64,000 nt of DNA from an uncultured Gammaproteobacteria bacterium (GTDB taxonomy: Bacteria > Pseudomonadota > Gammaproteobacteria > Pseudomonadales > Pseudohongiellaceae). Of this stretch, positions 47,636 to 57,321 are shown one piece after another. The first letter of the stretch is position 1; each line of letters opens with the position of its first letter. The notes below the pieces were generated by a model, which did not search any database, was not told the origin of the DNA, and saw nothing but the letters and a program-made list of their open reading frames with translations. The translations under genes were made by a program, and so were the position numbers. The stretch spans positions 4,352-68,351 of the forward strand of contig CAIOZF010000022.1 of assembly GCA_903862645.1 (NCBI GenBank), given 5' to 3'.

Positions 47636-48019
47636 TTACAACAGCGAGAAGACGGCGGCGACTCCACCACCCAGCAATAAAATGAGGGTAGGGAGAATAC
47701 TCAGCCCGAATCCCAGAGAACGGCTGCCTGGATCGGAGACGTAGGCACGCAGATAGACGATTCTGCCTATCAGATACACTGCGCCGATGCCGGCACCCAG
47801 ATCGGGCCGTACCCAGTATGCAAACAGGACAATTGCGGGGATGAAGATCACCAGCATTTCCAAAGTATTCTGATGCACTCTGTAATAGCGCTCGAAAACC
47901 GGGTGCCCGGTGATTGCCGGCGCGGCCACGTTGTACTTGCCTCGCGCATTGCCCACCAGGATGCCAAAGTAAAAATACTGCAGCAGCGCTCCCACTATCA
48001 CCAGTGCGACATACTCCAT
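47636..48019 (-). CDS. MAPEG-family membrane protein
   Basis: 127 aa with four TM helices. ..NARGKYNVAAPAITGHPVFERYYRVHQNTLE.. is the typical MAPEG loop. Confidence 0.75.
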   Translation of the reverse strand: MEYVALVIVGALLQYFYFGILVGNARGKYNVAAPAITGHPVFERYYRVHQNTLEMLVIFIPAIVLFAYWVRPDLGAGIGAVYLIGRIVYLRAYVSDPGSRSLGFGLSILPTLILLLGGGVAAVFSLL

Positions 48020-48037
48020 CGTGCCTTACTCCTCTAT

Positions 48038-48865
48038 TTAGCCTGTGCTTGAACTTGGTTGTGATTGTGTCTGACTGCTCATGATGACCTGCTCCAGATA
48101 GGAGCTGGAGCGCGTCGCCTCGTACCGCTTGAACTTGATGCGCGGATGAAACTCACGCATGCGTGAACTCAGCATCCCGTGCGCCGAGTGCAGCTGCGCA
48201 TCAGATATAATGCCATTCGTATCACAGTCCTTGGCCAGGCGCAGCATGCGATCGAAGTTCATGATGAAGTTATCGGTATGCGTACTGCGAATCTGCGTAC
48301 CATAGAACAACGGTTTTAGATCTACCCCTTGGCCTGACAGTGACAAAAAGGTACGCGAGAAGATCTCGAAATCACCCGTGGCAAACAGGTGCCACATCTC
48401 CATGAACTCCGCTTGCGAATAGGTTTCATCGCCTGCTGGACCCTTGCTGGATTGTAGTAACAGTCCACTGATTCCGCCCAGTTGCCTGCGGGTGTTATCC
48501 GCAATCTTGAAGAACGTTTCCTGACGGGCATTCATTTCCGTGGCGGCTATCGCCATGGTCTGCTTCTCGGACTGCACATTGTTATGCCGCAACTCGCGGT
48601 TGTTTTCGGCCAGCACACTCTGTTGAATGAACAGACCGATCACCAGCCAGAGAAACGCCAAAGGAGCAAAGGCTCCCTCCAGGAAGTTGCCCATCTCGCC
48701 GATAGGCAAATAAATGAAATCACTCCAGCCGACATTTGCGGAAATATAGAGCACAGCCAACAGCAACCACACCAGTGTCAGAACCAGACCGAAAAGTATA
48801 CGCCAGTCCCTGTGCTGTTCATCACTCTTGCTTTGCGTTTTTACTTCGTTACTGACTTCTTCCAA
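48038..48865 (-). CDS. Hypothetical 2-TM membrane protein with coiled-coil and cytoplasmic domain
   Basis: TTG start preceded by GGAGAAAGGAAG. Two N-terminal TM helices, then a helical or unknown domain. 18 bp upstream of the MAPEG gene. Confidence 0.45.
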   Translation of the reverse strand: MEEVSNEVKTQSKSDEQHRDWRILFGLVLTLVWLLLAVLYISANVGWSDFIYLPIGEMGNFLEGAFAPLAFLWLVIGLFIQQSVLAENNRELRHNNVQSEKQTMAIAATEMNARQETFFKIADNTRRQLGGISGLLLQSSKGPAGDETYSQAEFMEMWHLFATGDFEIFSRTFLSLSGQGVDLKPLFYGTQIRSTHTDNFIMNFDRMLRLAKDCDTNGIISDAQLHSAHGMLSSRMREFHPRIKFKRYEATRSSSYLEQVIMSSQTQSQPSSSTG

Positions 48866-49124
48866 CTTCCTTTCTCCACTGACCTGTCATACAGAGTCAA
48901 ATTGCTGACCGGCAACGAAAAAGCGCCGCGGCGCGCACGCTGGCTAGATTACTGCCTGCCCCCCGGCTGGTCAACGAATAACACCCGTTCGACAGGGGCT
49001 ATGCCACCCCGACTCTGAGGCATGAATTTGACAGTTGCTACGACTCAGCTCCTTCCCCGGCGTTGCTATTACAGGGCAGAAAATCGATAATTGCCGGCCT
49101 GCGCAAGCCAATGGAACCCAGTCG

Positions 49125-49388
49125 ATGACCAAGAAAAAAGACGGTGCATTCAACTTTGAAGAGTCCCTCACGAACCTGGAGAGTCTGGTCTCTGCCATGG
49201 AAGATGGAGAGCTGAGCCTGGAAGAGTCCTTGCAAGCCTTTGAGAAAGGCATTCGCCTGACACGGGAGTGCCAGGCCGCGCTGCAGAAGGCTGAGCAGAC
49301 CGTGCAGATCCTCATCGACGAGAACGGCAATCCCGAACCGATCGGCTTCGCAGCGGACGGATCGCCAGCAGCCAGTGCCATACAATGA
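49125..49388 (+). CDS. xseB: Exodeoxyribonuclease VII small subunit
   Basis: Internal ATG 49125: MTKKKDGAFNFEESLTNLESLVSAMEDGELSLEESLQAFEKGIRLTRECQ.. is the canonical XseB sequence. Confidence 0.9.
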   Translation: MTKKKDGAFNFEESLTNLESLVSAMEDGELSLEESLQAFEKGIRLTRECQAALQKAEQTVQILIDENGNPEPIGFAADGSPAASAIQ

Positions 49389-50302
49389 CCAGTGCCAACA
49401 GCAAGTCCACATTCGACCTCAAAGACTTCATGCAGCAGTGCCAGCAACGCATCCAGGCAGTGCTGAGCGCGAATCTTGAGGCGTTGCCTGCACGTGCTGA
49501 AGGACTGCGAAGTGCCATGCAATACGCGAGTCTGCAGGGTGGCAAACGTGTGCGGCCGCTGTTGGCATATGCCGCAGCACAGGCTCTGGGTGAACAACCC
49601 GCAAAGGCTGATGTGGCGGCCTGCGCGGTCGAACTGGTGCATTGTTATTCACTGGTACACGATGATCTTCCCGCCATGGACGACGATGCCTTGCGGCGCG
49701 GAGTCCCCACTGTCCACATTGCCTTCAACGAAGCCACCGCCATTCTGGCTGGCGATGCTCTGCTCAGTCTGGCATTTCGACTGCTCAGTGACCCGCAGGA
49801 CAATAACGGCAGCGCTACCACGCGATTGCGTATGATCAATCTGCTGGCTGAAGCTTCTGGCTACGAGGGCATGGTGGCAGGACAGTCCATTGACTTCGAT
49901 GCGATGGGCAGCACTCTGACGCTGGCTGAACTGGAAAACATGCACAGCCTGAAGACCGGTGCGCTGATAAGTGCCAGCGTGCAGATGGGAGCGCTCTGCA
50001 CGGAGCGGGCGACACCCGCACAGCTGGCGGCTCTGCAGCAATACAGCCGCTGCATTGGTCTGGCTTTTCAGGTCCAGGATGACATCCTCGACGTAATCAG
50101 TGACACCGCCACGCTGGGCAAAACCCAGGGGGCCGACAAGGCTCTCAATAAGCCGACTTATGTATCACTGTTAGGTTTGGATGGCGCAACCCGCAAAGCG
50201 CATGAACTCTGCGAGGCTGCCGTGGATGCGCTCAAAGACTTCGATGCGCATGCGGACGCCTTGCGAGAAGTTGCGCTTTACATCATAGAGCGGAAAAACT
50301 GA
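49385..50302 (+). CDS. ispA: (2E,6E)-farnesyl diphosphate synthase
   Basis: The two Asp-rich motifs LVHDDLPAMDDD and FQVQDDILD. xseB-ispA-dxs context. Confidence 0.9.
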   Translation: MTSANSKSTFDLKDFMQQCQQRIQAVLSANLEALPARAEGLRSAMQYASLQGGKRVRPLLAYAAAQALGEQPAKADVAACAVELVHCYSLVHDDLPAMDDDALRRGVPTVHIAFNEATAILAGDALLSLAFRLLSDPQDNNGSATTRLRMINLLAEASGYEGMVAGQSIDFDAMGSTLTLAELENMHSLKTGALISASVQMGALCTERATPAQLAALQQYSRCIGLAFQVQDDILDVISDTATLGKTQGADKALNKPTYVSLLGLDGATRKAHELCEAAVDALKDFDAHADALREVALYIIERKN

Positions 50303-50381
50303 CCCCCCCGTTCGGCTGATTGACGCCGTCAGGTCATTACATTAAGTTGGCGCCAGCCTCAAACAGAGTAATCACACCCAA

Positions 50382-52289
50382 ATGCTCGACGAAATCCCCC
50401 TTAGCCGCCCTGAAACCCCGCTGCTTGATCAGATTGAAAATCCTGACGACCTGAAAAAAATAGACCCAGCCCTGTTACAGGATCTCGCCAGGGAAGTGCG
50501 CAAGTTTCTGCTCTACTCGGTCGGCCAGACCGGAGGCCATTTCGGTGCTGGACTGGGAGTCGTGGAACTGACCATCGCACTACACTATGCCTTCAACACT
50601 CCGCATGATCGTCTGGTGTGGGATGTGGGTCATCAGTCCTATCCCCACAAAATTCTAACCGGCAGACGCGAACGCATGCTGACGATGCGTCAGGCCGGAG
50701 GACTCAATGCGTTCCCCAGTCGCGAGGAGAGCTTGTACGACTGTTTCGGGGTGGGACACTCCAGCACGTCCATAAGTGCGGCACTCGGCATGTTGATTGC
50801 CGCACGGGAACAACAGATTGATCGCCACACCGTCGCAATTATTGGCGACGGCGCCATGACAGCCGGCATGGCTTTCGAGGCTCTCAACCATGCTGGCGAC
50901 ATCGACCAGAATCTGCTGGTGATCCTCAACGACAACAACATGTCGATCTCCAGAAACGTTGGCGGGCTCTCCAGTTATTTTGCCCGTATGTGGGCGAGCC
51001 GGCCCTATAACTTCATTCGTACAGGCGGCAAGAAAGTGCTGTCGCATATCCCACCGGCGCTGAAAGCAGCACACCGGGCAGAAGAATATATGAAGGGCAT
51101 GGTGTCACCTGGCACCCTGTTCGAGGAGATTGGGTTCAACTACATCGGCCTTGTGGATGGACACAACACGCTCGGTCTGATCGACATCCTCAACAACATC
51201 AAACAACTGCGCGGCCCGCAGTTGCTGCACATCGTGACGCAGAAAGGCAAGGGTTATACCGCGTCAGAAAGTGACCCCTTCGGCATGCACGCGATGAACA
51301 AGATCGAGGCGAAGCAGTCGAAGCCGGTTCTGCGCACGGCGGAAACCCCAACTTATTCTGCAGTATTCGGGCAGTGGCTGTGTGATATGGCAGCGGATGA
51401 TCCACTGCTCGCCGCCATTACACCCGCGATGGGAGCAGGCTCCGGTATGGACCAGTTCGCGGAGAAATTTCCCCGGCAATTCCACGACGTTGCCATCGCC
51501 GAGCAACATGCGGTCACGCTGGCCGCCGGGATGGCCTGCGACGGATTGAAACCAGTGGTAGCAATTTACTCGACATTTTTGCAGCGCGCCTATGATCAGT
51601 TGATTCACGACGTGGCATTACAGAATCTGGATGTGTTGTTCGCCATCGACAGAGCCGGACTGGTGGGCGAGGACGGACCTACACATGCGGGTAGTTTTGA
51701 TCTGAGCTTCCTGCGCTGCATCCCCAATATGGTTGTCATGGCACCGAGCAACGAGAACGAAGCCCGGCAGATGCTGTACACAGGCTATTGTCACAACGGG
51801 CCGGCAGCCGTCCGCTATCCGCGCGGCAAGGGGCCAGGTGTCGAGATCAATCAGAAGATGGAATTAATGCCCATCGGCAAGGGGATCGTCCGCCGCAAGG
51901 GTCACGACGTCGCCATTCTCGCATTCGGCAGCATGGTCACGAAGGCGCTGGAGGCTGCTCAGATTCTCGATGCCACCGTAGTGGACATGCGTTTCATCAA
52001 ACCGCTGGATGAAGAATTGACGGGAGACATGGCCCGCCAGCATCGCTTGATAGTGACTCTGGAGGAAAACACCGTCATGGGCGGTGCCGGTTCCGCCATC
52101 AACGAACTCCTGGTGCGCGAAGACTACCGCGTATCCATTCTGAACCTGGGACTCCCCGACGCCTTTATAAGCCACGGCAAAGTCCCCGACATGCTCGCCG
52201 CGGCCGGCCTCGACACCCCCTCGATAATCACCGCCATCCGCGCGCGTCTCCTCTCACTCCCCGCGGGTCAGACCCGCGCAATTTATTGA
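50382..52289 (+). CDS. dxs: 1-deoxy-D-xylulose-5-phosphate synthase
   Basis: ..[19 protein letters not shown].., ..[16 protein letters not shown].. (TPP motif), 635 aa. The last ~9 codons are encoded by a REP palindrome (see findings). Confidence 0.95.
   Translation: MLDEIPLSRPETPLLDQIENPDDLKKIDPALLQDLAREVRKFLLYSVGQTGGHFGAGLGVVELTIALHYAFNTPHDRLVWDVGHQSYPHKILTGRRERMLTMRQAGGLNAFPSREESLYDCFGVGHSSTSISAALGMLIAAREQQIDRHTVAIIGDGAMTAGMAFEALNHAGDIDQNLLVILNDNNMSISRNVGGLSSYFARMWASRPYNFIRTGGKKVLSHIPPALKAAHRAEEYMKGMVSPGTLFEEIGFNYIGLVDGHNTLGLIDILNNIKQLRGPQLLHIVTQKGKGYTASESDPFGMHAMNKIEAKQSKPVLRTAETPTYSAVFGQWLCDMAADDPLLAAITPAMGAGSGMDQFAEKFPRQFHDVAIAEQHAVTLAAGMACDGLKPVVAIYSTFLQRAYDQLIHDVALQNLDVLFAIDRAGLVGEDGPTHAGSFDLSFLRCIPNMVVMAPSNENEARQMLYTGYCHNGPAAVRYPRGKGPGVEINQKMELMPIGKGIVRRKGHDVAILAFGSMVTKALEAAQILDATVVDMRFIKPLDEELTGDMARQHRLIVTLEENTVMGGAGSAINELLVREDYRVSILNLGLPDAFISHGKVPDMLAAAGLDTPSIITAIRARLLSLPAGQTRAIY
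52262..52278. repeat. Palindromic REP (type 2) CGCGGGTCAGACCCGCG, left flank of the RAYT
   Basis: Read directly. A 7-bp stem palindrome, inverted relative to the copy at 53179..53195. Confidence 0.8.
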
Positions 52290-52297
52290 TATTAAAG

Positions 52298-53068
52298 TTA
52301 TTTTTTGCCTCGCACAGGACATGTAGAGGCAGCTTTAACTTCTGCCTCTACAGCGTAGGAACATTGGGGGTCTCGAAGAGCATACAGATCCCCTTCTTCA
52401 AGCACCTTACGGTAGCGGGCCATGACTCCAAGGTCTTTCTGAAAGCGTCTGACGAACCCGGAGCTGCCCACGGCCAGGCTTTTAGTCCAGCGTTCATCCC
52501 GCTCGTTATGACCTCGGCTCAAAGCAGTCTGCACCCAGAGTTGGTGTACCTCGCGCAACTGTTCCGCGCTGCTGCAACCCAGCAAAGCGGCAAGTGCCTC
52601 CACATCGATGAAGCGGTGCTGAGGTCGGGCAGAATGTATGTCTGAATACCCGCAGTGCGGCCAATCGGCAGGATGTGTAATGACGTTCGCTCGCACCATG
52701 TTCATGTCGATATACACCAGACATTCAGCAAGATAGCCGTCGCAGTCCACCGCAGTTGCATGATACCGATCCTCCCAGAATGCTCCGCGACGCTCCTTGC
52801 GCTGGTTGTACTCCTGAGCCGTGCGCCCCGCGATCAATTGCATTGAGTCCGCGATCTCGCCACGGCCACGATCGTGTACCAACAGGTGAATGTGATTCGA
52901 TGTGACGGTGTAATTCAAAACGCGCAGTCCGTAGCGCTTCCTGGCTTCATTCAACCAAAAGAGCCAACGTTCGCGGTCAGGCGCGAACTCGAAAAAAAAC
53001 TGCTGCTGGCAGCGATGAGTGATATGCCAGACATGTCCTTGAAGAAAAAAGCGATTGGCGCGCGGCAT
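52298..53068 (-). mobile_element. REP-associated tyrosine transposase (RAYT; IS200/IS605-like Y1 HUH transposase) gene
   Basis: HUH motif ..TSNHIHLLV.. and catalytic-Tyr motif ..LVYIDMNMVRANV.. 256 aa. Flanked by inverted copies of one palindromic REP, with locally AT-richer flanks. Confidence 0.8.
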
Positions 53069-53178
53069 CCTTGCCCTCCAGAGAATCGAATTGTACTACT
53101 GAAAAATTAGTACATAAGTGCCTTACCGGCCACCAAAAAGGAGTTATTTTACAACTTCATTGTATTTTCAATTAGTTA

Positions 53179-53195
53179 CGCGGGTCTGACCCGCG
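53179..53195. repeat. Palindromic REP (type 2) CGCGGGTCTGACCCGCG, right flank of the RAYT
   Basis: Read directly. Reverse complement of the 52262..52278 copy. Confidence 0.8.
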
Positions 53196-53284
53196 TAGGG
53201 CCTTGCGGATTGACTCGTGGAGGGGCAGTGCGTAGACTGCCGGCGTTGCAGTACGGGCCTGGCTCGTGCAGCGACGCTGATTAG

Positions 53285-53435
53285 TCGTTCAGGTGCCCGA
53301 CTTCCGCTTGTCCAAGGACAGGACGCATTCGGGATAAATGGGAAGCTGGTTTGATTCCAGCGCTGCCCCCGCAACGGTAATGCGTGACATGCTTAATAAG
53401 CATGTTGCATGAGCCCGATACCAGCCTGACGATGA
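53285..53435 (+). promoter_or_regulatory. Cobalamin (B12) riboswitch aptamer upstream of btuB
   Basis: GGTGCC at 53292. AATGGGAAGCTGGTTTGATTCCAGCGCTGCCCCCGCAACGGTAA matches the conserved GGGAA..GGT.A..TCC...GC.G.CCCGC.AC.GTAA core. There is a B12-box-like GAGCCCGATACCAGCC at 53411..53426. It sits in the 5' leader of a BtuB-type receptor. Confidence 0.85.
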
Positions 53436-53551
53436 ATTACACCTGTGATGAAGCGGAGGGCTCCATCGGTGGTCGGTTCAGTCGTCTTCTGTCGATTTTT
53501 TCCTGCCGCGCCCCTCCCTCATGAAATTTTTTTCATAGAGGAAAACCAACC

Positions 53552-55435
53552 ATGCAATACCGTAAACTTCTGGCACTGGCCTGTACTACAGGCGCCACGT
53601 TATCTCCATTTCTGTGCCTGCAGGCACAAGCCCAAAACACCACAGCAGAAAACCATGCACTGAGCGAGATTATCGTTACGTCCAGCCGCATCGCCACACC
53701 CCTGCGACAGGTCGGCACTTCCGTATCCGTACTCAACAGCGCCGATCTGCAGAACCGGTCCAATGCTTCCCTGCTTGACATCCTGCGCACTCTTCCCGCT
53801 ATCGCAGTGACGAACAATGGGGGTACCGGCCAGATCACCACGCTGCGCATTCGTGGCGAAGAAGGCTATCGCACGCTCACACTGCTCGACGGCATGAAAC
53901 TGTCCGATCCCAGCGTCACTCAGGTGCAACCACAACTGGAGCACCTGTTAAGCAGTGGCATTGAACGCGTTGAAATCCTGCGCGGACCGCAGGGGCTAAG
54001 CTACGGCGCCGATGCCGGTGGGGTCATGAATATCAGCACACGTCGCAACAGCGATGAGCTGCAAGCGACCATGGATGTGCTGTCCGGCGCCTTCGGCACC
54101 CAGCAGCTGAACGGCAATGTCAGCGCTGGCAACGAGCAGGGCGATGTATTCGTCTCCGCAAGCAAGCTGAAGACCGATGGTTTCAATACCAGAGTTGCCG
54201 ACACGAGACTTGCCGATGACGATGGCTACCATAACAGCTCCATGCACGCACGCCTCGGTGTTAACGCCAGCGACAAGCTGCGCCTTGAACTGGTGCATCG
54301 CAATGTGACGGGCGAGTCCGAATATGACGGTTGTTACGAACCGGTCAGTTTCGGTCAGGTGCACGACTGCGAAGCGAGCTTCGAACAGCAGGCATCCAGA
54401 GCCTCAGCGAGCTATCAGGCAGCGTCCGGAGCCCACACGCTGGCCTACGCCACAACCTCCAGCGAACGCGACTACTTCACACTTGGGGCGCCGGCATACG
54501 ATTTCAGCGGCGAAATTCAACGCTGGGAGTATCTAGGCACTAACTCCTTCACGGACTTCAATCTGGTCTACGGTGTCGATCTGGAAGAAGAGGAGAACGG
54601 CGGCGAAACCCGTGACCAGCTTGGGTACTACGTCGAATATTTGAGCGGCTTCTCCGACTCCTTCTTCGTGACCGCTGGTGCCCGCCGCGATGAGAGCGAC
54701 GATTTCGGCAACCACCTGAGCTACCGCGTCAGCAGTGCCTACCTGATAGCCTTGCAAAATAGTGGAGAGCTGAAGCTGCGCGCCAGCGTGGGCACCGGTT
54801 TCCGGGCGCCAAGCCCCTATGAAGCCTCTTACAACAGAAGCCCATTCGCGGCGCCACCGGCTTCGCTGGTCAATCTCACTGAAGAAACCAGTTCCGGCTA
54901 TGAGCTCGCCGTGGAGTATTACACCGCGACCGGCTTGCACCTGGAGGCGGTCTATTTCGACCAGAAGATCGAGGATGCGATTCAGTTCGACTTAAGTACC
55001 TATTCCGGCTACCTGCAAGACGTCGGCAGTAGCACCTCCCAAGGAGTAGAGTTGTCTGCCAACATGCCGCTGACCGCCCGACTGACGCTGAACAGCAACT
55101 ACACCTACAACGAAACGCGCAGCCCTGATGGCAATCAGCGTTTTCTGCGTCCAGAGCACCTGGCCAACCTGGGTCTGACCTGGCTAAGTGCCGAGGAGCG
55201 CTTGCATTTCAGCGGCTTCTATCGCCGCTCGCAAGACAGCGTCGACTCTCTCTTCGGCAGCGCCGTGACACTGGATGCCTACGATGTGTTCGATCTCAGC
55301 GCCAGTTTCAAGCTGACGACTCTGCTCAACATCTACGCCAGAGTCGACAATGCCACCGACGCAGAGTACGCAGAGGTAGTCGGCTACAACACCGCAGGAA
55401 GATCAGTCTATGTGGGTGTTCAGGCCAGCTTCTGA
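53552..55435 (+). CDS. btuB: TonB-dependent vitamin B12 receptor
   Basis: Signal peptide, TonB-box/plug ..LSEIIVTSSRIATPL.., about 600 aa barrel, terminal ..VGVQASF. It follows the B12 riboswitch and precedes cobO and btuF. Confidence 0.85.
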   Translation: MQYRKLLALACTTGATLSPFLCLQAQAQNTTAENHALSEIIVTSSRIATPLRQVGTSVSVLNSADLQNRSNASLLDILRTLPAIAVTNNGGTGQITTLRIRGEEGYRTLTLLDGMKLSDPSVTQVQPQLEHLLSSGIERVEILRGPQGLSYGADAGGVMNISTRRNSDELQATMDVLSGAFGTQQLNGNVSAGNEQGDVFVSASKLKTDGFNTRVADTRLADDDGYHNSSMHARLGVNASDKLRLELVHRNVTGESEYDGCYEPVSFGQVHDCEASFEQQASRASASYQAASGAHTLAYATTSSERDYFTLGAPAYDFSGEIQRWEYLGTNSFTDFNLVYGVDLEEEENGGETRDQLGYYVEYLSGFSDSFFVTAGARRDESDDFGNHLSYRVSSAYLIALQNSGELKLRASVGTGFRAPSPYEASYNRSPFAAPPASLVNLTEETSSGYELAVEYYTATGLHLEAVYFDQKIEDAIQFDLSTYSGYLQDVGSSTSQGVELSANMPLTARLTLNSNYTYNETRSPDGNQRFLRPEHLANLGLTWLSAEERLHFSGFYRRSQDSVDSLFGSAVTLDAYDVFDLSASFKLTTLLNIYARVDNATDAEYAEVVGYNTAGRSVYVGVQASF

Positions 55436-55479
55436 ACCGAGGCATGTCGACGTCTTCACACCCATTGCCAGGAGCCTTC

Positions 55480-56088
55480 ATGAGTACACAGGACGATAGA
55501 AACGCGCGCCACAAAAAGGCGATGCAACGCAAGAAAGCTCTGGTCGATGAGCGCATCGCCGCCGCCACCATCGACAAGGGATTGATGGTGGTCCTCACCG
55601 GCAATGGCAAGGGCAAGAGTTCCTCTGCCTTCGGTATGCTGGCACGCAGCGTCGGTCATGGCCTGCGCTGCGGCGTGGTGCAGTTCATCAAGGGACAGTG
55701 GGAATGTGGCGAACAGATGATGTTCAAGGATCATCCCATGGTGGAATTCCATGTCATGAATACCGGTTTCACCTGGGAAACTCAGGACCGGGATAAGGAC
55801 ATCGAGGCGGCGAGGGCGACCTGGCTGCATGCCGCCTCACTGTTGCGCGACCCACAGGTGCAGGTCGTAATCCTCGATGAACTGACCTACATGCTCACCT
55901 ACGGTTATCTGGATTCTACCGAGGTCCTGCAGGCACTGGCCTCTCGTCCTTCACACCAACACGTCATAGTGACCGGGCGCAACGCCAGCGATGGGCTTAT
56001 GGACATGGCCGACACGGTCAGTGAGGTCAAGGATATAAAACACGCATTCAATAACGGCGTCAAAGTTCAGAAGGGAATTGACTACTGA
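55480..56088 (+). CDS. cobO: Cob(I)yrinic acid a,c-diamide adenosyltransferase
   Basis: Internal ATG 55480 (MSTQDDRNARHKK..). P-loop ..TGNGKGKSSSAFG.., ..VVQFIKG.. and ..ILDELTY.. are typical of CobO/BtuR. Confidence 0.85.
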   Translation: MSTQDDRNARHKKAMQRKKALVDERIAAATIDKGLMVVLTGNGKGKSSSAFGMLARSVGHGLRCGVVQFIKGQWECGEQMMFKDHPMVEFHVMNTGFTWETQDRDKDIEAARATWLHAASLLRDPQVQVVILDELTYMLTYGYLDSTEVLQALASRPSHQHVIVTGRNASDGLMDMADTVSEVKDIKHAFNNGVKVQKGIDY

Positions 56089-57023
56089 TGTGGCAGCCCT
56101 TGTCCCATCATCCAGACCTCCCCGACAATTCCCCTCTTGGCACGGGAGTACTGGCAGCAATGGGTTGGCTCCTGTCAATGCTGTTTACGTCGTCATCAAT
56201 TGCGCAGCCCATCAGCGTTATCGACGATGATCGAAGAACCGTCACACTGACGCAGCCCGCACAACGCATCATCAGCCTTGCCCCCTCTCTGACGGAACTG
56301 TTGTATGCCGCCGGTGCCGGAGCGCAGGTCGTCGGCGTCAGTGAATACAGCGACTTCCCGCCCGAGGCCGCTCGCCTGCCTGTCATCGGTCGCTACGACC
56401 TGTTGAACATGGAAGCCATCGTCGCTCTGGCGCCCGATCTCATCGTCGCCTGGCGCAGTGGCAACCCGCGCTCTGCCGTGCAGAGCCTCATCGAACTAGG
56501 CCTCAATGTTTACGTGGCAGAGCCGACCACTATCGCGAGCATCGCCGACCATATCGAACGCTTCGCTACCCTGGCAGGGACGCTCCCCTCAGGAATGGCC
56601 GCTGCCAGAGATTTTCGCGAGCAACTGACCCGCCTGAGTGACACCTACCAAAGCAGGACCTCGGTCAGTGTGTTCTATCAAGTCTGGAACGAACCTCTGA
56701 TCAGCGTTGGAGGCAATGAATTGATCAACGACATCATCCGCTTGTGCGGCGGCAGCAACATCTTCGACGACTTGGGCCTCGCTCCCAAAGTCAGCGAGGA
56801 GGCCGTCCTGTTGCGCAATCCGCAAGTCATTATCGCCAGTGGCATGGATGCCGCGCGTCCAGCCTGGCTGGACGACTGGCTGCGCTGGCCACAACTGCGC
56901 GCGGTGGCCAACGACGATCTCTATTTCGTCCCTCCTGACCTGGTGCAACGCCACAGCCTGCGCGTATTGAGCGGCACTCAGCAGACCTGCGAACACATTG
57001 AGGCGGCCCGTATCAGACCATGA
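56088..57023 (+). CDS. btuF: Vitamin B12-binding periplasmic protein
   Basis: It aligns with E. coli BtuF at ..SEYSDFPPEA.. (SSYSDYPPQA), ..PDLIVAWRSGN.. (PDLVIAWRGGN) and ..LCGGSNIF.. (VCGGENIF). The ATG overlaps the cobO stop. Confidence 0.8.
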   Translation: MWQPLSHHPDLPDNSPLGTGVLAAMGWLLSMLFTSSSIAQPISVIDDDRRTVTLTQPAQRIISLAPSLTELLYAAGAGAQVVGVSEYSDFPPEAARLPVIGRYDLLNMEAIVALAPDLIVAWRSGNPRSAVQSLIELGLNVYVAEPTTIASIADHIERFATLAGTLPSGMAAARDFREQLTRLSDTYQSRTSVSVFYQVWNEPLISVGGNELINDIIRLCGGSNIFDDLGLAPKVSEEAVLLRNPQVIIASGMDAARPAWLDDWLRWPQLRAVANDDLYFVPPDLVQRHSLRVLSGTQQTCEHIEAARIRP

Positions 57024-57262
57024 CTCTCTGCCGCTAAGACGGGCAGAATCGAATGGCAAGACGAGAGCAGCGCTCACCCAGCGACCGGAGCGGCCGGAAG
57101 AAACGGAGACATCTTCGTCGTTATTGGTCGATGCCTCCGATATTTTTTCAGCCGTGCATTTATAACCAGGCGTCCTGATGTCTATGCACTTTCCCTATGA
57201 CGTTGTTCCGACTCACAGCCCGGATTGCGGGCTTCCGCGGACCACTGCAGCCAGATCTTTGA

Positions 57263-57298
57263 GTGGCCTTGGCCCGTTCAGAACTTGGCCAAGGCCAC
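57263..57298. repeat. 12-bp-stem hairpin GTGGCCTTGGCC-N12-GGCCAAGGCCAC downstream of ribA
   Basis: Read directly. There is no U-tract on either strand, so it is REP-like or a non-canonical terminator. Confidence 0.5.
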
Positions 57299-57321
57299 CC
57301 AAAGATCGACCCACAGTGTAA

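Noticed and set aside
52322-52350. Hairpin GTAGAGGCAG-N9-CTGCCTCTAC just after dxs, considered as the dxs terminator
   Set aside because: It lies inside the 3' end of the RAYT reading frame (..VEAEVKAAST..) and is not followed by a T-run. I cannot distinguish a functional terminator from coding-sequence coincidence.
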